From the NCBI GenBank assembly GCA_013360445.1, contig JABWBP010000026.1, positions 6,389 to 70,388 of the forward strand: a stretch of DNA of 64,000 bases. Direction: 5' to 3'. Each line of letters begins with the position of its first letter. Position 1 is the stretch's first letter. Under the pieces are notes generated by a model. That model saw nothing but the letters and a program-made list of their open reading frames with translations. It had not been told where the DNA came from and did no database searches. The DNA comes from Calditrichaceae bacterium. Its GTDB lineage: Bacteria; Calditrichota; Calditrichia; RBG-13-44-9; J075. Below are positions 8,637-17,125 of the stretch, piece by piece. Made by a program: the position numbers and the translations under genes.

Positions 8637-10337
8637 TTACTTGATATCCTTCAGGCGCATTTGCAGCTCTTTTCGCCCGTTCCAGTAGTTTTCTTCCAAA
8701 ACGTAAGCGCAGTCGATAACGCGGTTGTTTTTGAGCACCTCTTCAGCCTGGTCTGCAAAATTGAACCCGATGGCGGTCATGGTTACCCCGTTTTGTTCCA
8801 GGTTCAATTTGAGATGATTGCTGCCCACAATGGAGGGTTCCCCAACCACCTTCAGTTTGCGCGATACAAATACCGGGCGAAGGTTGAGGGGGCCGAAGGG
8901 ACCCATGAGTTTGAGGAGGCGCATCAGGCGTTCATCGAAATCGTTCAGGTGCACTTCGCAGTCGATTTTCATGGTGGGAACGAGGTCCTCCGGGGTAATT
9001 TGCGCCCGGGCGACCTCTTTGAACATCTCGATGAACGAGGGAATATTTTCTTCCCGGATGGTCAACCCCGCGGCGTATTTATGCCCTCCAAAGGTAATCA
9101 GGTGCTGCGAGCACTGTTTGATGGCTTCGTACACGTTGAAATTGGCGATACTGCGGGCGGAACCTTTCCCGATGCCGTCCACCACCGAGATCATAATGGT
9201 AGGGCGGTAGAAACGCTCCACGATGCGGGAGGCCGCAATCCCGATCACCCCGGGGTGCCAGTCGCGTTTGTAGAGCACGAAAGCGTAATCGTTTGCGGCA
9301 TCGAACTGGCTTTCGATAATCTCCAAAGCCTCTTTGAAAGTGGTTTCATCCACGTCCCGGCGGACTTTGTTCTCTTTTTCCAACTCTTTGGCGAGGGTGC
9401 GCGCCTGTTGCAAACTCTGGGAGGTGAAAAGCTGCACGGCCCGCCGGGCGTCTCCCATCCGCCCCACGGCGTTGATGCGCGGGGCCAGTACAAAAACCAC
9501 CAGTCCCACGGTGATCTCTTTGCGGTCGATGCCGGAGCTTTCCAACAGGGCTTTGATGCCAAAACGGGGGTTGGAATTGATGCGGTCGAGGCCGTGGCGC
9601 ACCAGGATGCGGTTTTCATCGATGAGGGGAACAATATCGGCGCAACTGCCGATGGCGACGATATCCAAATACTCGTCTAACTCCGCTTCCACCAGTCCCA
9701 GCCGCCGGTAAAGCGCCTGCATCAGCTTAAAGCCAACCCCCACGCCGGCCAACTCCTTGAAAGGGTAGGGACAATCGGGGCGTTTGGGGTCTAAAATCGC
9801 TGCGGCCGGGGGCAATTCGTCGCCCGGTTCGTGGTGGTCGCACACCAGTACGTCAACGCCTAACTCGCGGGCAAAGCGGATTTCATCCACCGCGGTAACG
9901 CCGCAATCGATGGCAAGGATCAGGGTAACACCCTTTTCGGCGTGTTCCTGAATTGCCTGGCGGGAAAGGCCGTAGCCCTCGGTAATGCGGTCAGGGATGT
10001 AGTAAGTAACCCGGGAACCGACCATACGCGATAGAATGAGATAAAGCAAGGAGCATCCGCTTACCCCATCCACGTCGTAGTCGCCATAAACCAGAATTTT
10101 TTCGCCCTTCTCCAGGGCCTGATGCAGGCGATCCACCGCCTTATCCATGTCTTTCATCAGGAAGGGATCGTGCAATTCTTCCACTTCGGGGCGAAAATAA
10201 GTTCGGGCCTTGTCGAAACAGTCTATGCCTCGCTGCAGAAGGATACGAGACAATATCCTGGGAATCCCTAATTCTTTGGCTAGATGATCGACCGCGTTCT
10301 CATCACTTTCATGATCAATCACCCATTTGAATTTCAT
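8637..10337 (-). CDS. recJ: Single-stranded-DNA-specific exonuclease RecJ
   Basis: 566 aa. DHH motif (VLVCDHHEPG), DHHA1 motif (FGGHKYAAG), and DYDVDGVSG. Confidence 0.9.
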   Translation of the reverse strand: MKFKWVIDHESDENAVDHLAKELGIPRILSRILLQRGIDCFDKARTYFRPEVEELHDPFLMKDMDKAVDRLHQALEKGEKILVYGDYDVDGVSGCSLLYLILSRMVGSRVTYYIPDRITEGYGLSRQAIQEHAEKGVTLILAIDCGVTAVDEIRFARELGVDVLVCDHHEPGDELPPAAAILDPKRPDCPYPFKELAGVGVGFKLMQALYRRLGLVEAELDEYLDIVAIGSCADIVPLIDENRILVRHGLDRINSNPRFGIKALLESSGIDRKEITVGLVVFVLAPRINAVGRMGDARRAVQLFTSQSLQQARTLAKELEKENKVRRDVDETTFKEALEIIESQFDAANDYAFVLYKRDWHPGVIGIAASRIVERFYRPTIMISVVDGIGKGSARSIANFNVYEAIKQCSQHLITFGGHKYAAGLTIREENIPSFIEMFKEVARAQITPEDLVPTMKIDCEVHLNDFDERLMRLLKLMGPFGPLNLRPVFVSRKLKVVGEPSIVGSNHLKLNLEQNGVTMTAIGFNFADQAEEVLKNNRVIDCAYVLEENYWNGRKELQMRLKDIK

Positions 10338-10564
10338 TCATACACCACCTATGTTCTTTTTTGTTCTTTATTTGTATTAGTTTTGCTGTCAGGCAATAGT
10401 TGCTTTTTGATTGAGTGCAAAGCTTCAGCTTTGCACTCAACACGTGCAATTCCCCCTTACCCGGGATTGCACCCCGCCAAGTAATGTAACCTGCTGCGTA
10501 CCCCCCCTCGAATGCCCCGGATGTTAACAGATTGTCCGAGGGATCGCAAGACATTTTTCCCTAC

Positions 10565-11515
10565 TCAGGCGCGGTTCAATATCTCTCCGATTTTCCAAAC
10601 CGCCAACTTGACCGCCGGCGTTCGGTACGGTTGAAAGGTCGTATCCAACTTCACCAGCCAGCGATGGTTCTCGTGGCGGGAGACGGTTATATAGAAACTT
10701 TGCTTGTAATGGCCATCTTTGGTAATCATCCGCAGCAAATACCCCCTTCCATCGGAAGAACTAAAGGCCGCTTTAACCACAAAGAATGTTTCAGCCTCAA
10801 TATACTCCTCTCCGATCAATTTTTCAATCGAATCTATGTGAATTTCTTTTTCGATAAAAGCGTGGGGCATAGCGGAATCCTCCAGAAGTCGATGAATCGA
10901 AGCGTTTTGAACTTTTCGGGCGACCAGCCGATAGATACTGCGGCCCATCTCGCGCCATTTGCGCTCATACCGGGTTGTCACCGTGCGAACAGGGTCAGTC
11001 TCAAGGCAGGACGTCTCAAAGAAAGGGGAATCCTGGAAGAGCGCCCGAGCATGTGCCGCATACCACTGTTGATCGGTCACCAGCTCATATTGACCGCCAT
11101 TTTCCAGCACCACGCCCAAAATATGAACGAAATTCCCGCTTAGCAGCCGCCGGTCTCTGTGACGCCCTTTGGGCCAGGGATCGGGGAAATTCATTAAAAC
11201 ATTGCGCAGGGAGTTGTCGGGAAAGAATTCTCTGAGGGCGAACTCGGCTTCTTCGCGGATTCCCCGGGTATTTACAATCTTATGCTGATGAAGGTTTTTT
11301 TGCAGCTTCATCATGGATTCCATGGATAGTTCGATGCCGATAAAATTCCAACCGGGGTGTTGAAGCGACCAGTCTATCAGAAAATCTCCGTTACCAAAGC
11401 CGATTTCCACGGCCAGGGGAGCAGCCCGGCCAAACATCGTCTCCCAGGCGATGGGATAGGGTTCAATCTCGCCCGGAACGATTAAATAATCCATGTAAAA
11501 TTGCTTCATTTGCAT
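10565..11515 (-). CDS. trmB: tRNA (guanine46-N7)-methyltransferase TrmB with ~100-aa C-terminal extension
   Basis: 316 aa. SAM pocket EIGFGNGDFL and the hallmark NFPDPWPKGRHRDRR. Confidence 0.8.
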   Translation of the reverse strand: MQMKQFYMDYLIVPGEIEPYPIAWETMFGRAAPLAVEIGFGNGDFLIDWSLQHPGWNFIGIELSMESMMKLQKNLHQHKIVNTRGIREEAEFALREFFPDNSLRNVLMNFPDPWPKGRHRDRRLLSGNFVHILGVVLENGGQYELVTDQQWYAAHARALFQDSPFFETSCLETDPVRTVTTRYERKWREMGRSIYRLVARKVQNASIHRLLEDSAMPHAFIEKEIHIDSIEKLIGEEYIEAETFFVVKAAFSSSDGRGYLLRMITKDGHYKQSFYITVSRHENHRWLVKLDTTFQPYRTPAVKLAVWKIGEILNRA

Positions 11516-11588
11516 GGGCGAAAAATAAAAGATTTCATGGTTTGGTGCAAGTGGGGAGTAAAAACTCGAAAATTCCCAAAAAAAACCC

Positions 11589-11617
11589 TTGACAAATTCT
11601 CTCTCGTCGGCTATATT
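11589..11617 (+). promoter_or_regulatory. Consensus sigma70-type promoter with no downstream ORF
   Basis: TTGACA (11589-11594), exactly 17 nt of spacer, then TATATT (11612-11617). Preceded by an A-rich tract (cccaaaaaaaaccc). Points away from trmB, between two minus-strand genes. Confidence 0.5.
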
Positions 11618-11623
11618 GTGTTC

Positions 11624-11690
11624 GACCTTCCAAGGTCAAAACCTCCCTCCCAACTCCGCAGGGGACGCTCGTCGTCCCCTGTTTTATTTT
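11624..11690 (+). ncRNA. Candidate ~67-nt sRNA (5' hairpin, CCUCC-rich single-stranded tract, intrinsic terminator)
   Basis: The predicted TSS is ~7 nt after the -10 box. Contains gaccttccaaggtc hairpin, aaaacctccctcccaactcc (anti-Shine-Dalgarno-like), then terminator. No ORF. End coordinates are approximate. Confidence 0.4.
11659..11690 (+). terminator. Rho-independent terminator, plus-strand specific
   Basis: caggggacg / cgtcccctg form a 9-bp stem with loop ctcgt, followed by ttttatttt. The minus-strand reading has no U-run after the stem. Confidence 0.6.
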
Positions 11691-11752
11691 CAGGCGTTTT
11701 CACTTTTCCCTCTCCATTATTTCTTAAACAATTCCCCTTTTGCATAAATGGC

Positions 11753-12292
11753 CTATCTGAGCAACTGTTGCAACAGCACTTCCCCCTGTCTCCAGGGGCC
11801 AAATCCGGCGGCAGTGTCGATATGCCCGCCGCGGCCGATATTGATAAGCCGGCCTCCCCATTGGCGGGAAAAAAATGCCGCTCGCTCCGGCTGGATATAA
11901 GGATCATCGTTGCTGGCAACAACGATGCAGGGGAAATGGAAGGGGTTGAGCGGAATTGGACCGAATCCCCGCAGAGCCGGGAGGGCATCCGGCCGCTCCA
12001 CATCAGCCGGGGCAACCAGCAGAGCCGCGTAAACCGGTCGCTGGTAGCGGCTTACCCAATGCGCAATGGTAATGCAGCCCAGGCTGTGGCCGACCAGAAC
12101 AATCGGGCCGGTAATTGCCGAAAGATTCCCGTCGAGGGTATCGACCCACTCCTGCAGATCGGGATGATTCCAATCCCGTTGTTCTACCCGGTAGTATTCC
12201 GGGTGCTTCTCCTGCCACAAGCTTTGCCAGTGTTTGGGCCCGGAACCGGTGTAGCCAGGAACCAGCAGCACCTTCTTTGTTTCCTCGACCAT
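11753..12292 (-). CDS. YdeN/RBBP9-family alpha/beta serine hydrolase
   Basis: 179 aa. VLLVPGYTGSG...HW and the GHSLG nucleophile elbow. Size is typical of PF06821-type hydrolases. Confidence 0.7.
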   Translation of the reverse strand: MVEETKKVLLVPGYTGSGPKHWQSLWQEKHPEYYRVEQRDWNHPDLQEWVDTLDGNLSAITGPIVLVGHSLGCITIAHWVSRYQRPVYAALLVAPADVERPDALPALRGFGPIPLNPFHFPCIVVASNDDPYIQPERAAFFSRQWGGRLINIGRGGHIDTAAGFGPWRQGEVLLQQLLR

Positions 12293-12655
12293 TTCTTCTC
12301 CGCGCTTCTCATTGTCTCAAAAAAGATCAAACCAGGATTAATGTAGCGATAATTCGATTCTGATAGCAAAGGTTTTGAATTCACTTTTCCTCATCAGCGT
12401 AGTTGTGCAAGTGAATGATCATTGCATATTTTTCTCAACGAGCCGGAGGGATAAGTTTGCGGCTGTGCAATAAAAATCCATTTTTTTAAAGCCAATAAAC
12501 TTGATTTTTAAAGAATCAAGGAGGAGGAGAGAACTGAAAATAATGCAAATAGTTTGCAAAAAAATTAGAACGTTTGCGCCATCAAGGAAGAGCGCCCCGG
12601 AGTGCCTTTGATTGGAGTGCCGCGAAGCAACTCCTTGGGAGCGTTGTGATTGCCA

Positions 12656-13030
12656 TCAGTAAGTTCCCAGCCAGGCAACCAGGGAAATGAGGAGAAATAT
12701 CACCCAGGAGAGATGCCGGCCCCGGGAGCCGATCAAGGAAAGCAATCCGCTTAGCAAAAAAATGTTGGAAATAATGCGCGCCACAATGAAAGCGGTCTGG
12801 TCAAGGGAGCGGAGCGATAAAATTATCAGAATCGCTGCCGCGTTCCACCAGGCAATGGTGGTAAGGTGCCAGGCAATACGGGCGGTGCGGTTGACATAAA
12901 CCGCGTCCCCGAAGTGATGCAGCGGTTCTCGCTTAAGCAGGCGAACCAGAAAAAAACGCTCCCCCATGACCGAATGCAACAAGCCCATGAAAAACGCCAA
13001 CGCCGCTGCGACAAGAAAATAGACATTCAT
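12656..13030 (-). CDS. Integral membrane protein (4 predicted TM), unknown function
   Basis: 124 aa, hydrophobic throughout. Its start overlaps the stop of the upstream lipase gene by 4 bp (ATGA). Confidence 0.5.
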   Translation of the reverse strand: MNVYFLVAAALAFFMGLLHSVMGERFFLVRLLKREPLHHFGDAVYVNRTARIAWHLTTIAWWNAAAILIILSLRSLDQTAFIVARIISNIFLLSGLLSLIGSRGRHLSWVIFLLISLVAWLGTY

Positions 13031-14076
13031 ACCTTAACCTTCATATTGTGGACATCCCGGGCAATTTTCAAGTAAACATTTTTAATGATCTCTTCGTGGT
13101 GGTTCTTTTCCCGCAATGCCTTCATATTCCACCAGCCAGCCTTGTGTATTTCGTTCAAATTCCACCATCCGATCTGGTCCATATGGTCTGCTGCGAAGGG
13201 GAATTCATACTGGGCGATTTTTTTAGAAGCGCCGTTGCCCAACAGTTTTTTCGTCCATTTCTGGGATTTGACCGAGACCAATCCATCATTAGGGCCTTCA
13301 CGCTCGTTCAGAATTTGCCAGGAAATTTGAAAGGGCAGGAAGGTAGATTCATGTCTTTGCGAACTGTAGTAAGTCTGGTAAATGACCTCGTTGCCGGCCT
13401 CCAGCGGCTCGGCGAAAACATTAAACTCCTTACAGACGGCGGTTGTTACGCTCTTGATGCCTTCCAGGTTGATAATTTTTCGAAATACCCCGATCACTTT
13501 ATCAATTCCCTGCTCCAGGGCTGCGTCTGCCACGCTGGTGCCCCAGTGGGGAGTTCCGATGGTGCTCAGCGTCGCCACTTTATTGGCCATGTTTTCATTG
13601 ACGATCATGTGGCGGGCGTCCAGCCCCCCCATGCTGTGGGCAATAATATGCACCTTTTTATGGCCGGTTTTCTTTAATATTTTTTCAATTTCCCGGCGCA
13701 GGTCCCTTGCCCGGGTGGCTACGTCGGCAGCAAAACTGACGCTGGAATGATACACCTCGAACCCATGCTTTTTGAGATAGCTGGCGATCCCCTTAAAATA
13801 ATGAAAGCGGTCTGATACCAGGCTAAAGTCATAAAGTGAGAGGTTTAAGGTTTTAAAGATAGAGTCGATTAGATAATCCGGCCGGGCCATGCCATGTGCT
13901 AGCACAATCGGCAGCTTAACTTTTGGTTTTGGAGGCTTCGGCTTAAAATTTTTCAGGATTACTTTAGAGGGATCAAAAGGCTCAAAAAGTTCCTGCAAAT
14001 CCCGCTCATCCAGATCAATGGATAATCCGCTGCGCCTTTTCTTCTTCTCCATCACGTTTACCCGAGCTTTCATCAA
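13027..14076 (-). CDS. Alpha/beta-hydrolase lipase/esterase
   Basis: 349 aa. VLAHGMARPDY oxyanion region and the IIAHSMGG nucleophile elbow. Confidence 0.65.
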   Translation of the reverse strand: MMKARVNVMEKKKRRSGLSIDLDERDLQELFEPFDPSKVILKNFKPKPPKPKVKLPIVLAHGMARPDYLIDSIFKTLNLSLYDFSLVSDRFHYFKGIASYLKKHGFEVYHSSVSFAADVATRARDLRREIEKILKKTGHKKVHIIAHSMGGLDARHMIVNENMANKVATLSTIGTPHWGTSVADAALEQGIDKVIGVFRKIINLEGIKSVTTAVCKEFNVFAEPLEAGNEVIYQTYYSSQRHESTFLPFQISWQILNEREGPNDGLVSVKSQKWTKKLLGNGASKKIAQYEFPFAADHMDQIGWWNLNEIHKAGWWNMKALREKNHHEEIIKNVYLKIARDVHNMKVKV

Positions 14077-14203
14077 ATTTTCCGATCATAGTTTACTTTA
14101 TCGCCGCAAAGTTGTCAAGATGCAATCCCTGAAATAGTGAAGAAAAAATCTATCTATCCATGCAGGCAATTTCTGCAAATTAGATTAGCAGGTTGATTAG
14201 AGG

Positions 14204-14232
14204 TTGATCCGACAGGATCTCCACACTATATT
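14204..14232 (+). promoter_or_regulatory. Likely promoter of tRNA-Leu
   Basis: TTGATC (14204-14209), 17 nt spacer, TATATT (14227-14232). Lies ~25 nt upstream of the tRNA 5' end. Confidence 0.5.
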
Positions 14233-14257
14233 TGTGCAGCTTTCAGCAGTGTAAAAT

Positions 14258-14339
14258 ACGCGGGTGGCGGAACTGGCAGACGCGCCAGACTTAGGATCTG
14301 GTGCCGCAAGGCGTGGGAGTTCGAGTCTCCCCCCGCGTA
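14258..14339 (+). tRNA. tRNA-Leu (anticodon UAG), class II with long variable arm, CCA not encoded
   Basis: Hand-folded. Acceptor ACGCGGG/CCCGCGT (A1:U72) and discriminator A. D arm GCG-GAACTGGCAGA-CGC. Anticodon stem CCAGA/TCTGG with loop CTTAGGA. Variable arm TGCCGCAAGGCGT. T arm GGGAG-TTCGAGT-CTCCC. Confidence 0.85.
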
Positions 14340-14379
14340 CTAAATAATAAAATCAATAGTTAGCCCCGTTCGTTACCTC

Positions 14380-14409
14380 GATTCGACCCCGGCTCACCGG
14401 GGTCGAATC
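14380..14409. terminator. 13-bp perfect hairpin between tRNA-Leu and the convergent propeller gene
   Basis: gattcgaccccgg-ctca-ccggggtcgaatc. There is no clear U-run on either strand, so terminator function is inferred from position only. Confidence 0.4.
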
Positions 14410-14447
14410 TCCCAGGACTCTAACCTGCTGCCGTTTTCTCTTTCCGC

Positions 14448-16667
14448 TTACCGTACCAGCGCCATCCGACGGCTTTCTACCCGGCTGCCCACCTGCACCC
14501 GGTAGATATATACCCCGGAGCTTACCTCCTGCCCCCACTGGTTGCGGCCATCCCATACCACGGCCTGCTCCCCGGCCGGCTGCCGTTCATCCACCAGCAC
14601 GCGCATCACCTGGCCGAGCAAGTTATAAATCTCGATCTTGACCCGCTCCCCCTTCCGCAGTTCATAGCGAATGGTGGTGGAGGGATTGAAGGGGTTGGGG
14701 AAATTCTGATGCAACCGGAAGGATTCCGGCCGGCCGTTCCGCTCCTCTTCTAATCCGGCTTGCGGAATGGCAGAGACCACCTCCGGCTCGGGAGTGAAGT
14801 GCGCAACTCCTTCGACAGTACCCAGCCAGAGGCTTCCCTCCTCTTCCAACAATAAAAGGGAGCGGAACATGTTGTGCGGCAGCCCGGAGTTGAAGGCGTT
14901 GTAAACTTTCCAATTCAGCTCGTCGAATTTCACCAGCCCGCCGTAAAACGTGCCGATCCACTTATCGCCATCCCCGGCCACCACAATGTTGTGAATCGCG
15001 TCCGAGGGAAGCCCGGAATTGGCGGCATTAAAAATTCTCCAGGACCCCTCTTCTAAACGGGCCAGTCCCTTCCAGGTGCCGATCCATTTAATGTCTCTTT
15101 CGAAGGCGATGGCATAGACCACGTTGCTGGGCAGGGCGGAGTTGGCAGTATTGTACACCGTCCAGGAGTTGCCGTCATATTTTGCCAGGCCGTGCCCGTG
15201 CGTACCCACCCATACCTCGCTGCCGTTTATGGCAATCACGTTGATGTAATTGCTGGGAAGCCCGGAATTCAACATATTATACACCCTCCAGGATTGGCCG
15301 TCGAACAGCGCCAGACCCCCGCCGTAGGTGGCAATCCACATATTATCCTCTGAATCTATGGCAATGCCGGAAACATCGTTGTGGGGCAGGCCGGAGTTGC
15401 CGGTATTGTAAACGGTCCAGTGGAGGCCGTCGAAACGAACCAGCCCGCCCTCGCCGGAAGTCATCCAGCCGGCGCCCATCCAGATGTGGTTGTTTTTATC
15501 GATGGCCAGGGCGGAGAGCTTGTCCGAGGGCAGGCCGGAATTATCTTTGCGATAAAAGCGCCACTGCGCGCCGTCGTACTGCGCCAATCCCCCGCCAAAA
15601 AAGGCGAGCCAGGTGGATCCGCCGGCGTCCCTGGCCGCGGAAATCGCGTAGTAAGGCGGAAAATTGGCCGCGGAGGCGTTATACACCGTGAAATTCTGCC
15701 CGTGCATTTTTGCTAATCCTGCAGTGGTGCCGATCCACACCAGCCCGTTATTGCCCGGGCGAACGGAACGGATGGCATTGGAAGGAAGGGGAGAATTAGC
15801 GCCGGTAAAAATCGACCAGGAATTATTCACAAATTTCGCCAGCCCTGACGGGGTGCCGATCCATTTAGCGCCGTCTTCCGCCACGGCCAGGCAGGTAACG
15901 GCATTGGAAGGGAGGGGAGAATTTTCAGTATGGTAAACCCTCCAGCCCTGCGCATCGAGCACCGCCAGGCCGCGGGACGTGGCGACCCATTTATGATCCC
16001 CCTCGACGGCGATGGCATTGATCCAGTTGGCGGGCAGGCCGGAATTGTCGGTGTTGTAAACGATCCAGGAATCGCCGTCAAAACGGGCCAGGCCCTGGTC
16101 GTAAGTGCCGATCCAGACGACATTGCCGTCGATGGCCAGGGAGGTAATCGAACTGCCCGGCAGGTCGGAATTGGAGGCGTCGTAAATGGTCCAGGAGCTG
16201 CCGTCGAATTTGGCCACTCCCGCCCCGGCGGTGCCGATCCATATATTATGGTTGTAATCGCTCGCTAAAACGGTGATGAAGTTCGAGGGCAGGGGTGAAT
16301 TGGCAGTATTAATGAGGGTCCATTTCACGCCGTCGTATTTCGCGATTCCCTGGTTGGCGGTTCCGAACCACACCGCCCCTTCCGGGTCCCTGGCGACGGA
16401 AGTGACCGCATCGGAAGGCAACCCGGAATTGTAGGAATTATAATTCGCCCAGGCGTATCCTTTATATCGCGCCGCCCCGCCGCCGTAGGTCGCGATCCAC
16501 ATTTCGTCGTCGCGGTCCAGCATAATATAGTTGATATAATTATGAGGCAGGCCGGTAAATTCGGCGTCGTACACCGTCCAACCGGGATATTGCGCGATTG
16601 CCGCGGTAATGAAGAAAAACCACATTGCCAGCGGGTAAATCAGACTATTTATATTGATGTTTTTCAT
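14448..16667 (-). CDS. Secreted double beta-propeller protein (Reg_prop-type repeats) with T9SS C-terminal sorting domain
   Basis: 739 aa. Signal peptide. About 14 repeats of ~47 aa (W[IV]GT..GLA.[FY]DG..W.VYN..NS.LPSN.[IV]). C-terminus LHQNFPNPFNPSTTIRYEL...IEIYNLLGQ...VWDGRN..GQEVSSGVYIYRV matches the T9SS type-A CTD pattern. Confidence 0.8.
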   Translation of the reverse strand: MKNININSLIYPLAMWFFFITAAIAQYPGWTVYDAEFTGLPHNYINYIMLDRDDEMWIATYGGGAARYKGYAWANYNSYNSGLPSDAVTSVARDPEGAVWFGTANQGIAKYDGVKWTLINTANSPLPSNFITVLASDYNHNIWIGTAGAGVAKFDGSSWTIYDASNSDLPGSSITSLAIDGNVVWIGTYDQGLARFDGDSWIVYNTDNSGLPANWINAIAVEGDHKWVATSRGLAVLDAQGWRVYHTENSPLPSNAVTCLAVAEDGAKWIGTPSGLAKFVNNSWSIFTGANSPLPSNAIRSVRPGNNGLVWIGTTAGLAKMHGQNFTVYNASAANFPPYYAISAARDAGGSTWLAFFGGGLAQYDGAQWRFYRKDNSGLPSDKLSALAIDKNNHIWMGAGWMTSGEGGLVRFDGLHWTVYNTGNSGLPHNDVSGIAIDSEDNMWIATYGGGLALFDGQSWRVYNMLNSGLPSNYINVIAINGSEVWVGTHGHGLAKYDGNSWTVYNTANSALPSNVVYAIAFERDIKWIGTWKGLARLEEGSWRIFNAANSGLPSDAIHNIVVAGDGDKWIGTFYGGLVKFDELNWKVYNAFNSGLPHNMFRSLLLLEEEGSLWLGTVEGVAHFTPEPEVVSAIPQAGLEEERNGRPESFRLHQNFPNPFNPSTTIRYELRKGERVKIEIYNLLGQVMRVLVDERQPAGEQAVVWDGRNQWGQEVSSGVYIYRVQVGSRVESRRMALVR

Positions 16668-16936
16668 TTTGCGTCTCCTTTGGTTTAGTTTTTAGCATTT
16701 TTTCATGCGCAGCCAAAGATCGCAAAATGAGAGGGGCGAAATCTTCCACCCCGGTAGCGAAGATTTGCACCGGCGTCTCGTACAGACAGGGGGCCGCCGG
16801 GGGTTGCGGAGAAGTTCCGGGGCAAAATCAGGGAAATTTGACCCGGTGTTGCAAGATTTTGAAAAAATGTTGTATTTGAATGATGCCGACTTACCTCTTT
16901 GGGGTTTATAACCATTTACGTATAACAACTCCCCGC

Positions 16937-16965
16937 TTGACATGAGTGCTCCTTTCCCATAATTT
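16937..16965 (+). promoter_or_regulatory. Possible promoter of the Omp85-family gene
   Basis: TTGACA (16937-16942), 17 nt spacer, TAATTT (16960-16965). Implies a ~160-nt leader. Confidence 0.35.
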
Positions 16966-17125
16966 TAGCTGCCATTTTTTCGATTGCCGTATCTCCCCGG
17001 GGGGTTCTTCATGCGGAGATTATTTTTTGCAATAAAGGCTACGATGATAGTGAGGCGCTTTGAATTTGTCCGCGATACAAACAAGCGTTTGGGAATTTAC
17101 CCTTTCAGGAAAGGCCACGTTTTTT

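Noticed and set aside
8592-9680. 362-aa plus-strand ORF antisense to recJ
   Set aside because: recJ on the minus strand has clear DHH/DHHA1 motifs. The antisense translation has no motifs and a His/Gly/Phe-rich shadow composition.
14077-14447. tRNA-Leu as the anchor of an integrated element or prophage
   Set aside because: No integrase, no phage-like genes, and no duplicated tRNA 3' segment nearby. The flanking genes are ordinary (lipase, T9SS cargo).
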